IMG/VR virus record: IMGVR_UViG_2675903650_000003
Coordinates: 1-10,471 of that record
Reading direction: 5' to 3' (one strand)
From: a virus
Taxonomy: Duplodnaviria > Heunggongvirae > Uroviricota > Caudoviricetes
DNA length: 10,471 nucleotides
Shown: in pieces, positions 1 through 6,856 of the stretch
Numbering within the stretch: position 1 is the stretch's first letter
Layout: every line of letters starts with the position of its first letter
Made by a program: the position numbers and the translations under genes
Notes under the pieces: model-generated
Seen by the model: the letters and a program-made list of their open reading frames with translations, nothing else
The model's database searches: none
What the model was told of the DNA's origin: nothing

Positions 1-50
1 GTGGATCACTTTTCATCCGTCGTTGACACTCCCATGAAAAGACGCACGGT

Positions 51-359
51 ATGCGGGGCTGGGAATGTATTGTTGACGGTGTATCGGGCTTTGATATCAA
101 ACAAGATAACCAGCGAACCTTCTCAATTTCTCTCGAAAGAGCAAGCGGTACTGTTGAAGTTAAGTCCTTTGACATCCCGGTAACTATCTATCGCGATGTA
201 TTCAAATCTGGTACCGAATATCAACCTGGCGATACGGTCACATGGGGTGGTTGTATGTGGCATTGCAACGAGAAAACATGCGACAAGCCAGGTGAGACAG
301 GATCGAAAGGATGGACGCTTGCTGTTAAGAAAGGGCGAGATCTGAGGGATAAGCCATGA
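51..359 (+). CDS. Hypothetical small protein (102 aa) upstream of the connector gene; contains a C-x2-H-C-x4-C motif
   Basis: First ATG after the in-frame stop at 24-26. Its stop overlaps the ATG of the next gene (ATGA at 356-359), indicating translational coupling. The translation has protein-like composition. Shine-Dalgarno is weak. Function unknown. Confidence 0.45.
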   Translation: MRGWECIVDGVSGFDIKQDNQRTFSISLERASGTVEVKSFDIPVTIYRDVFKSGTEYQPGDTVTWGGCMWHCNEKTCDKPGETGSKGWTLAVKKGRDLRDKP

Positions 360-682
360 TTGAACTGGTGACGCTCGAAGAGGCTAAGTTGCATCTCCGT
401 ATTGACGACGATTACGGAGATTCAGACCTTACCTTAAAAATTCAGGGCGGCAGCGCAGCAATACTTTCCTACATTCAGGGAAGTCGCGCGTTAGTCGTGG
501 ATGATTCAGGAAAGCTTATTGATGGTGAACCGCTAACTCGCGTTCAGACGGCCCTGCTGGTTCTTCTTGGCTATCTTGACCGTAACCGCGGCGGCGAAGA
601 AGAAGAAAAGTTGAAACAGGGGGAACTTCCTTTTTCTGTATCAATGCTGATTTACGACCTCCGTAAGCCGACAATTATTTAA
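356..682 (+). CDS. Head-tail connector protein (phage gp6-like)
   Basis: 108-aa product with N-terminal LEEAKLHLRIDDDYGDSDL followed by helical ALLVLLGYLDRNRGG, which I recognise as the gp6-like connector pattern. Located immediately upstream of the head-tail adaptor and tail completion genes. Confidence 0.7.
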   Translation: MIELVTLEEAKLHLRIDDDYGDSDLTLKIQGGSAAILSYIQGSRALVVDDSGKLIDGEPLTRVQTALLVLLGYLDRNRGGEEEEKLKQGELPFSVSMLIYDLRKPTII

Positions 683-752
683 GGGGCATGTATGGCATGC
701 GCAGGATGTGCCAGACGGCGCGAGTGGATTAAAAAGTGGACGAGGATTGCCT

Positions 753-947
753 ATGAACGAGCAGCAGGTAAACGAACTAACGGCGGCACTGAAAGCGCTG
801 GCAACGTCTCAACTGAAACAGGCAGAAGCGATAAACCGTCTGGCTCAGGCGGATGAAACACTGATATCTCTGATTGCCAAAACGCTCGTTGATGAAATTG
901 ATGATGAGCTACCACCGCAGACCTATCTTGATGGTAAGCCGAGGTAA
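753..947 (+). CDS. Hypothetical small acidic protein (64 aa; alternative GTG start at 708 would give 79 aa)
   Basis: ATG at 753 is preceded by GAGG at 741-744. The GTG at 708 has AGGA only 2 nt upstream, so it is less likely. Product is helical and acidic with no recognisable motif. Stop at 945-947 lies 2 nt before the next gene start. Confidence 0.45.
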   Translation: MNEQQVNELTAALKALATSQLKQAEAINRLAQADETLISLIAKTLVDEIDDELPPQTYLDGKPR

Positions 948-949
948 TC

Positions 950-1282
950 GTGGAGTTTGCTAAACTGCGTCACCGCATCACTATTCAGCGACGAACAGCC
1001 ACCCAGTCACCAACCACAGGGGCAATGGAATACACCTGGAATGACCTTGCAGAGGTGTGGGGTAACGTGGTTGCCTCATCGGTCAGGGATTTCATTACAG
1101 CCCAGGCATCAAACGTAAAAGTAACGGCCAGAATCACTATCCGATACCGGGAAGATATCCAGGAGAAAGACCGTATTCTTTTCCGTGGCAAAATCTACAG
1201 CATTGAGGGGATTCTTCCTGACCCTGATAGTGGGCTCGAATATCTTACGCTTCCGTGCTCAGAGGGGGTAAGGGATGGTTGA
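950..1282 (+). CDS. Head-tail adaptor / head closure protein (SPP1 gp16-like, lambda FII-like position)
   Basis: GTG start at 950 preceded by GAGG at 941-944. 110-aa product with KDRILFRGKIYSIEGILPDPDSGLEYLTLPCSE, resembling the conserved core of head-tail joining proteins. Synteny supports the call. Confidence 0.65.
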   Translation: MEFAKLRHRITIQRRTATQSPTTGAMEYTWNDLAEVWGNVVASSVRDFITAQASNVKVTARITIRYREDIQEKDRILFRGKIYSIEGILPDPDSGLEYLTLPCSEGVRDG

Positions 1283-1760
1283 TAGCATTGATTTTAAGCT
1301 TGAAGGTGTAGATTCACTGCTTGGTAAGTTAGAAGCCATTACCTCAGAAACTAAGCGCAAAACAGGGCGCTCCGCACTGAGGAAAGCAGGAAACGTTATC
1401 GTAACTCAGATAAAGAGAAACGCAGAGCGACTCGACGATCCTCACACCGCACGTAGCATTGCTGATAACGCCGCGCTGCGCTGGAATGGTCGTATGTTTA
1501 AACAAACCGGTGATCTTGCCTTCAGGATAGGCATTCTTCAGGGAGCCGTTTTAAAAAAGCATCCAAGCACTGCGAAAGATGCCCCCACTCCTCACTGGCG
1601 TCTTCTTGAGTTTGGCACTGAAAAGATGGCAGCAAAACCGCTCGTTCGTGCTGCTGCAAATTCCAGACTGATAGAGGTTTTCAACACCTTCTCTGTTAAC
1701 TATGAAGCGGGGATTGACCGAGCTATCAAACGAGCACAGAAGAAAGGAGAGACGGCATGA
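1275..1760 (+). CDS. Tail completion protein, HK97 gp10 family (lambda Z-like position)
   Basis: 161-aa product containing WRLLEFGTEKMAAKPLVRAA, the EFGT signature I associate with the HK97 gp10 family. Overlaps the upstream gene by 8 nt and the downstream gene by 4 nt. Confidence 0.7.
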   Translation: MVDSIDFKLEGVDSLLGKLEAITSETKRKTGRSALRKAGNVIVTQIKRNAERLDDPHTARSIADNAALRWNGRMFKQTGDLAFRIGILQGAVLKKHPSTAKDAPTPHWRLLEFGTEKMAAKPLVRAAANSRLIEVFNTFSVNYEAGIDRAIKRAQKKGETA

Positions 1761-2122
1761 TTGCTCCTATTTTTCCTGTTTGCGCGTCGAGTCCTGAAGT
1801 CACTACTTTACTCGGAAGCAATCCGGTAAGAATTTACCCTTTCGGAATTCAGGACGATAATGTTGTTTATCCATACGCCGTCTGGCAGAACGTCAGCGGC
1901 TCTCCTGAAAATTTCCTTAACCAACGACCAGATGCGGACATTTATTCGCTTCAGGTTGATATCTATGCCGATACCCCTGATGAGGCGATTGCTGTAGCTC
2001 AAGCCATGCGTAATGCGATTGAGGTAAAAGCCAACATTGTTCGCTGGGGTAATCAGACGCGAGACCCTGAGACGCTCAGGTATCGATATTCTTTCGACGT
2101 TGACTGGATAGTCAACCGATAA
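1757..2122 (+). CDS. Tail terminator / tail completion protein (DUF3168-like, lambda U-like position)
   Basis: 121-aa product with RIYPFG...VVYPYAVW...LQVDIYA pattern. Position immediately upstream of the major tail protein gene. ATGA overlap with the preceding gene. Confidence 0.55.
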   Translation: MIAPIFPVCASSPEVTTLLGSNPVRIYPFGIQDDNVVYPYAVWQNVSGSPENFLNQRPDADIYSLQVDIYADTPDEAIAVAQAMRNAIEVKANIVRWGNQTRDPETLRYRYSFDVDWIVNR

Positions 2123-2134
2123 CAAACCTTCCAC

Positions 2135-2158
2135 AACCGGCCTTGAGCCGGTTTTTTT
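2135..2158 (+). terminator. Rho-independent terminator or attenuator between the tail terminator and major tail protein genes
   Basis: Perfect 7-bp stem AACCGGC (2135-2141) / GCCGGTT (2147-2153) with 5-nt loop, running into a run of seven T (2152-2158). Followed by GGAG at 2165-2168 and ATG at 2175. Confidence 0.6.
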
Positions 2159-2174
2159 ATACCCGGAGATAATT

Positions 2175-2672
2175 ATGTCAGTAGTGACTCAAGGCACTCA
2201 GATGTACGTTCTGAATAACGGCGTGGTCAGTGAAGTTGAATGTATTACTTCATTCTCACCAGGTAGTAGCCCGGCAGATCAAATTGAAGATACCTGTCTG
2301 AGCGAAACCAATACCCGTTCTTATAAAAAAGGTCTGCGCACCCCGGGTCAGGCAACCGTTGCTCTTAACGCCGACCCGGCAAACGCCAGTCACGTAATGC
2401 TGAGCAACCTGGCTGAATCAAGCGACCAGACCAACCTGACCTTCGCTATAGGCTGGGCCGATGGTACTGCAGATCCTACTGCTGCAACAGTCGGTGACCC
2501 TGATGCAGTTGATGGTCTGTCTCTTCCAGATACCCGTACCTGGTATGTATTCCAGGGTTATGTATCAGATTTCCCGTTTGATTTTCAGGCCAATACGGTA
2601 GTTCAGACTTCCGCGACTATTCAGCGTTCCGGCCAGGGCGTCTGGGTTCCTAAAGCACAGCCAACCAGCTAA
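2175..2672 (+). CDS. Major tail (tube) protein
   Basis: 165-aa product, rich in T/S/G/A/V and of likely beta-rich composition. Good RBS. Flanked upstream by a terminator and downstream by a stable hairpin. Occupies the lambda V position directly upstream of the G/GT chaperone and tape measure genes. Confidence 0.7.
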   Translation: MSVVTQGTQMYVLNNGVVSEVECITSFSPGSSPADQIEDTCLSETNTRSYKKGLRTPGQATVALNADPANASHVMLSNLAESSDQTNLTFAIGWADGTADPTAATVGDPDAVDGLSLPDTRTWYVFQGYVSDFPFDFQANTVVQTSATIQRSGQGVWVPKAQPTS

Positions 2673-2692
2673 ACGTAATAATCTGCCAACTA

Positions 2693-2708
2693 GCGGGGGT
2701 AACCCCGC
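2693..2708 (+). promoter_or_regulatory. GC-rich hairpin with GUAA (GNRA) tetraloop downstream of the major tail protein gene; no U-tract
   Basis: GCGGGG (2693-2698) pairs with CCCCGC (2703-2708) around loop GTAA. It is followed by AATAAGAGAG, not a T-run, so it looks like an mRNA stabilising or processing structure rather than a full terminator. Confidence 0.4.
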
Positions 2709-2724
2709 AATAAGAGAGTAATAA

Positions 2725-3102
2725 ATGAAACTGACTCTGGATTCATTAAAACAGGCTGGTGCATTCACTGGGAGACCTGTTGAGAAGGAGATTACCTGGA
2801 AGCAGAGTGATAAGGAAATTACCGCTACCGTTTATATCCGACCTATGGGTTATCACGACGCAGTATCTACTGTTCTGTCAGCCGCGGGAAAGATTGATGG
2901 TGTTGCCGGACGTATCGCATCATCCATTTGTGATGAGAACGGGAATCCTGTTTTTACTGTTGCTGACATTACTGGTGAAGCAGACCCTGAGCGCGGTGCG
3001 CTCGACGGAAACCTTACCGTCGCTCTACTTGTCGCTATTCAGCAGGTTAACGACCTGGGAAAGACGAACTCAGCGCAGAAGACGAATTCTGGTGTGAATT
3101 AG
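2725..3102 (+). CDS. Tail assembly chaperone (lambda gpG-like), zero-frame product
   Basis: 125-aa acidic product directly upstream of the tape measure gene. RBS AAGAGAG at 2712-2718. Contains the slippery heptamer GGGAAAG near its 3' end. Confidence 0.8.
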   Translation: MKLTLDSLKQAGAFTGRPVEKEITWKQSDKEITATVYIRPMGYHDAVSTVLSAAGKIDGVAGRIASSICDENGNPVFTVADITGEADPERGALDGNLTVALLVAIQQVNDLGKTNSAQKTNSGVN

Positions 3103-3368
3103 TTCTCAACGGGATCGGCGGTCGCACCATTGCTGAAGCAAAAGAACGCGTTAGCGTTACAGAGTATCGCGACTGGGTTCTTTACCGTCAAAAGTACGGT
3201 AGCCTTAACGGAATGATGCGTACTGAGTGGGCCGCAGGCCTTATTTCTTCTGTGCTGGCTAACGTCAACCGTGGAAAAGATTCCCCCTCCTTCAAAGTAA
3301 CAGACTTCACACCACACATTAACGAGCCTTCCATTTCACTGGAGCAGGCTATGCAGGAGTGGACATAG
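2725..3368 (+). CDS. Tail assembly chaperone frameshift fusion product (lambda gpGT-like), made by -1 slip at 3057-3063
   Basis: The -1 frame (codons starting at positions divisible by 3) opens after a TAA at 3048-3050 and has no stop until TAG at 3366-3368, 2 nt before the tape measure ATG. Its translation reads ...DEFWCELVLNGIGGRTIAEAKERVSVTEYRDWVLYRQKYGSLNGMMRTEWAAGLISSVLANVNRGKDSPSFKVTDFTPHINEPSISLEQAMQEWT. No ATG-initiated + strand ORF of useful length covers 3103-3369. Confidence 0.65.
3057..3063 (+). promoter_or_regulatory. Programmed -1 ribosomal frameshift slippery heptamer G GGA AAG
   Basis: Heptamer GGGAAAG at 3057-3063 with zero-frame codons GGA (3058-3060) and AAG (3061-3063). 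This is the same heptamer as the lambda G/GT slip site. The -1 frame is open from 3051 to 3368. Confidence 0.65.
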
Positions 3369-3369
3369 C

Positions 3370-5895
3370 ATGGCTGGTAAATCCCTCGGAACGCTGACCA
3401 TTGACCTGATAGCTAAGGTTGGTGGATTTGTATCTGGTCTAAGCCAGGCTGAACGAGCATCTCAAAAATGGCGAAAACAGGTTCAGGCTGATGCAAAAGC
3501 GGCTGCGGTAGCATTTACTGGTTTTGCTACCGCGGCAAGTGCGGCAGCTATCGGTGTCGGTGTCGCCGGTTACAACCTGCTAAAAACAATGTCAAAACAG
3601 ATTACCGAAACAGACCGTTGGGCTAAGTCGCTCAATATGTCTACGCAGTCATTGCTTGCCTGGCAGTATGCAGCTGAAAAAGCTGGCGTATCCGGCGACC
3701 AGATGGCCGATATCTTCAAGGATATTGGCGATAAAATTGGCGATGCTGTACTGAATAAATCGGGTGAAGCAGTAGATGCTCTGAATGCACTCGGATTATC
3801 GGCTAAGAAATTATCCAGTGAATCACCAGATAAGCAGTTGCTGGCTATCAGCAATGCGCTCGGCAAGATTAAAACAAACGCTGAAAAGACCACAATCCTT
3901 GAAAGTCTTGGTAACGACCTTTCCAAGCTTCTCCCATTGCTTGATCAGGGAGGAGAAAAACTTCGTCAGTACATGGACGCGGCAAAACAGTTTGGCGTTG
4001 CCCCTGACGATGCTGATATCGAAAAGCTGGTAAAAGTAAACTCCCTGTTTGAGGACATGGAGACGCAGGTAAACGGTGTAAAAATTGAGATTGCCACCGG
4101 CCTGGCCAATGTTGACTTGTCAGGGTTACAGAACGCGATAACTGACATGGGGGATGTATTCAAAGATCCTCAGGTTATTCAGGGTTTGACAGACCTGGTT
4201 GGTGGTGTTGTTGATCTCGCGACCTGGCTTGTTAAAGTTGGTGCTGAAGCAGGGAAGCTAATTGACCTGTACAAAGGCGGTAAGGCTGTAGGTGACAATG
4301 CATCTGTAACTGATATAGAGCGCCGCCTCAACAATCTTAAAACTGATGTAGAAGATCAGGGATTCCTTGCCAGCTTTAACCGAATTGGTATGGACGTTGA
4401 CGGGAAAAAAGCTGAAATAGCGCAATTAGAACGCCGACTGTCCATCATGAAAGCCGGTAATAATCTTCCTCTCAGTCAGGCCACTGTAGGTGCGCCTTCT
4501 TCTTCCAGCAAAAATTATTCCTTAGGCTCAGGAGAAACTAACGGGAAAGCATCTCCAGATGCCGGGGCCAGAAAACTGGAGTCAGCATTTAAGTCTCTGG
4601 AAATGAGCTATCAGCGTCAGATAGCGCTGATTGACACAACTGGCAAAAAGAATCAGCAGGTAACCGAGCTTGAGAAGCTGCGTTTTGATTTTACATCTGG
4701 GAAATTAACAGGAATTAATGCAGCTCAGAAAGAGCGACTTGAGCAACTTGCTACTGAGATAGATCGCCTCAACTCACTTAAAAAAGCCAACGAAGAAAAT
4801 CTGAAACTTGTCGAATTTACCGCTAATTTACGTAAGCAAAATCAGAATGACCAGGCAGCTAATGATTCTGATTTTATCGGCGCAGGTATGGGAGACAAGA
4901 CTCGCCAGCGCATGAAGGAATTGCTGGATATCCATCGTAGTTTTCTCGACAGGCAGCAAGATCTACAGAAACAGTACCAAAGTGGTGATATAAGCAAATC
5001 GCTTTATGACCAGGAAACGGCAGCGTTACAGCAGGCGCTTGATGACCGTCTTGATATTCAGGAGGACTACTACAAAAAGTCTGATGCTCAGATGGGCGAC
5101 TGGCAAAGCGGGATAATGGACTCGTTGAACGATTATGCTGATAAATCAGCTGATTATTACCAGACTGCTGCAGATGCGATGACTTCTATTCTTGGTGGAG
5201 CAACCTCGGTTATTTCTGACAACCTTAATGACCTTGTGCACGGTGCAGAAGATTTAGGTGATTTCTTCAGTAATATTTTCTCTGGTCTTGGTGAAACAAT
5301 CATTAAAACCCTTTCTGATATGGCGGCGCAATGGCTGGTATATCAGGCAGTGCAATTGCTGGTAGGTAAATCCACTCAGGCAAGCGCAGCGGCATCAATG
5401 CTGGCAAACGCACAGGCATCATCTTTGCAGGCTCAAATCGCAGCATACGCATCGACAGCGGCAATTCCTATCGTTGGTCCCGCGCTTGCACCTGCAGCGA
5501 TGGCAACAGCTGCGGCAGTAACTGCACCACTTGTTGCAGCAGTTGGTACTTCTGCCCTGGCAGGTATGGCGCACGATGGTATTGATAGCGTCCCGGAAAC
5601 AGGAACATGGTTGCTCCAGAAAGGTGAGCGAGTTGTGACCTCTCAGACGTCAGCAAAGCTTGATGAAACACTGGACAGAGTAAATCAACAATCAACCAGC
5701 GGAGCAAGCTTCTCTCCCGTTATTAACATGAATGTTAACGGTGATCCGTCTGATACTCAGATCTCCATGATGAAGCAAGCCATGGCAGAGGGGGCAAAAC
5801 TTGGATATCAACAGGCAGCCAGCGACCTTGCCAGTGGGAAAGGTGACATTTCGAAAGCAATGATGCGCTGGAACACTAACAGGAGAACTGGTTAA
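3370..5895 (+). CDS. Tail tape measure protein (lambda gpH-like)
   Basis: 841-aa product. N-terminal region resembles the lambda-family tape measure domain. Long helical, coiled-coil-like middle. Ala/Gly-rich hydrophobic stretch near the C-terminus followed by WLLQKGERVV. Sits directly after G/GT and before the tail tip genes. Confidence 0.9.
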   Translation: MAGKSLGTLTIDLIAKVGGFVSGLSQAERASQKWRKQVQADAKAAAVAFTGFATAASAAAIGVGVAGYNLLKTMSKQITETDRWAKSLNMSTQSLLAWQYAAEKAGVSGDQMADIFKDIGDKIGDAVLNKSGEAVDALNALGLSAKKLSSESPDKQLLAISNALGKIKTNAEKTTILESLGNDLSKLLPLLDQGGEKLRQYMDAAKQFGVAPDDADIEKLVKVNSLFEDMETQVNGVKIEIATGLANVDLSGLQNAITDMGDVFKDPQVIQGLTDLVGGVVDLATWLVKVGAEAGKLIDLYKGGKAVGDNASVTDIERRLNNLKTDVEDQGFLASFNRIGMDVDGKKAEIAQLERRLSIMKAGNNLPLSQATVGAPSSSSKNYSLGSGETNGKASPDAGARKLESAFKSLEMSYQRQIALIDTTGKKNQQVTELEKLRFDFTSGKLTGINAAQKERLEQLATEIDRLNSLKKANEENLKLVEFTANLRKQNQNDQAANDSDFIGAGMGDKTRQRMKELLDIHRSFLDRQQDLQKQYQSGDISKSLYDQETAALQQALDDRLDIQEDYYKKSDAQMGDWQSGIMDSLNDYADKSADYYQTAADAMTSILGGATSVISDNLNDLVHGAEDLGDFFSNIFSGLGETIIKTLSDMAAQWLVYQAVQLLVGKSTQASAAASMLANAQASSLQAQIAAYASTAAIPIVGPALAPAAMATAAAVTAPLVAAVGTSALAGMAHDGIDSVPETGTWLLQKGERVVTSQTSAKLDETLDRVNQQSTSGASFSPVINMNVNGDPSDTQISMMKQAMAEGAKLGYQQAASDLASGKGDISKAMMRWNTNRRTG

Positions 5896-6368
5896 TGGCT
5901 AAAACGACCAGCATTAACTATCCGAATGATTACCTTCCTGTTCCATTGCAGGAAGGGTTCGGGTTAAAGCCAGTTAGCCCATTACTGAGAACCGAACTCA
6001 CATCCGGCAGGGCGAGGCAGAGGAGATTATATACTTCAACGCCAACTCAGGCCTCGGTTGCATGGCTGCTTACGGATCCGGAAGCTCAACTATTTGAGGT
6101 ATGGTTCAGGGACACCATTAAGGATGGCGCTGACTGGTTTAACATGCCTCTTCGATCTCCGTTAGGCGTTGTTGATGTTTATGTCTGTCGTTTCGTGGAT
6201 ATCTATGAGGGGCCGACAATTGAAGGCGGAAACTACTGGCGCTACACGGCCACGTTGGAATTGTGGGAAAGGCCTGTTCTGGCTCCTGGCTGGGCTGATT
6301 TTCCTGATTACATTATCAACAGCAGCATCATTGATATTGCGCTTAACAGGGAGTGGCCTGAGCCATGA
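5895..6368 (+). CDS. Minor tail protein, lambda gpM-like
   Basis: 157-aa product. Segment TQASVAWLLTDPEAQLFEVWFRDTIKDGADWFNMP aligns by eye with my recollection of the lambda gpM core (SVTLSVPREEATVLESFLEEHGGWKSFLWTP). TAATG overlap with the tape measure stop. First gene after the tape measure gene. Confidence 0.6.
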   Translation: MAKTTSINYPNDYLPVPLQEGFGLKPVSPLLRTELTSGRARQRRLYTSTPTQASVAWLLTDPEAQLFEVWFRDTIKDGADWFNMPLRSPLGVVDVYVCRFVDIYEGPTIEGGNYWRYTATLELWERPVLAPGWADFPDYIINSSIIDIALNREWPEP

Positions 6369-6847
6369 CGATTCTAAATAGGCTGTATGCCTCATCCGGG
6401 GAAGAGGTGATCATCGAAACCCTGCAAATAAACATCGGTACTGGTGTTTATTATCTTTGTAAAGGCTTCGATGACATCACCGCAACAACCGAAAGTGGCG
6501 TGGTGGTAACCTTTCAGGCTGCGGCTATTGATATTGCCCTTCCAGCAAGAAACAGCGATGGTACACAAGATTTGCAGTTTGCCATTGATAACATAGACGG
6601 GATTACTTCCACCGCCATACGGAATGCTCTGGATAACCTTTCAGAGGCATCGCTGACATATCGTAACTATGTCTCCACGGACCTCAGTGCTCCGGCATCT
6701 GTACCGTACACGCTGGCGATTAAAAGCGGGTCATGGACATCCATGCAGGCGCAGATTACTGCCGGATATATGAACGTTCTTGATACCGCATGGCCGCGCC
6801 ACCGATACACCCTCCCGTATTACCCCGGCCTTCGTTACATGAGTTAA
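6365..6847 (+). CDS. Minor tail protein, lambda gpL-like N-terminal domain only
   Basis: 160-aa product. VIIETLQINIGTGVYYLCKGF...VVVTFQAAAIDIALPARNSDGTQDLQFAIDN resembles my recollection of the lambda gpL N-terminal pattern (VVLWEIDLTEVGGERYFFCN...VTWQGRQYQPYPIQGSGFELNGKGTSTRPTLTVSN). It has a single Cys and no C-terminal Cys-rich region. ATGA overlap with the upstream gene. Confidence 0.55.
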   Translation: MTILNRLYASSGEEVIIETLQINIGTGVYYLCKGFDDITATTESGVVVTFQAAAIDIALPARNSDGTQDLQFAIDNIDGITSTAIRNALDNLSEASLTYRNYVSTDLSAPASVPYTLAIKSGSWTSMQAQITAGYMNVLDTAWPRHRYTLPYYPGLRYMS

Positions 6848-6856
6848 GGAGCAACA

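Noticed and set aside
1-183. Frame-1 ORF running in from the window edge (track lists GTG at 1 as start)
   Set aside because: It would overlap the better-supported 51..359 ORF by more than 130 nt. Frame 2 is also open from the edge and stops at 35-37, which fits better as the end of the upstream (probably capsid) gene. With fewer than 40 nt of upstream context the true terminus cannot be resolved, so nothing is annotated.
708-752. GTG at 708 as the start of the small acidic ORF
   Set aside because: The only purine-rich stretch upstream (AGGA at 702-705) is too close to serve as a Shine-Dalgarno. The ATG at 753 has GAGG at a normal spacing.
683-752. Possible promoter or operator in the 70-nt gap before the small acidic ORF (GCATGC palindrome at about 696-701)
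   Set aside because: No convincing -35/-10 hexamer pair at proper spacing could be identified by eye. The 6-bp palindrome is too short to be meaningful without further evidence.
985-1191. Minus-strand ORF inside the head-tail adaptor gene, and similar minus-strand ORFs at 1808..2134, 2565..2768, 3570..3926, 3966..4163, 5468..5707, 6162..6395, 8334..8615, 8417..8656 and 8697..8954
   Set aside because: All are short, embedded antisense within strongly supported + strand structural genes, lack ribosome-binding sites, and have atypical translations. They look like chance open frames.
2759-3097. + strand ORF (112 aa, Arg/Leu-rich) in the +1 frame inside the chaperone gene
   Set aside because: Fully embedded in the well-supported chaperone gene, with low-complexity translation and no RBS. 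Typical of an out-of-frame artefact.
3099-3317. Minus-strand ORF (72 aa) filling the apparent gap between the chaperone and tape measure genes
   Set aside because: The + strand -1 frame over the same region is open, ends 2 nt before the tape measure ATG, and is accessed by a canonical GGGAAAG slippery site. The minus-strand ORF would be antisense within a tightly packed unidirectional operon and has odd composition.
3785-4033. Out-of-frame + strand ORFs within the tape measure gene (3785..4033) and within the M-like and L-like genes (6169..6381)
   Set aside because: Embedded in alternative frames of well-supported genes, with no independent start signals.
5380-5560. Low-complexity GCA/GCG-rich stretch that might suggest a tandem repeat
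   Set aside because: It is in frame within the tape measure gene and encodes an Ala/Gly-rich hydrophobic segment. There is no exact tandem repeat unit and no spacer-repeat periodicity. It is coding low complexity, not a repeat element or CRISPR array.
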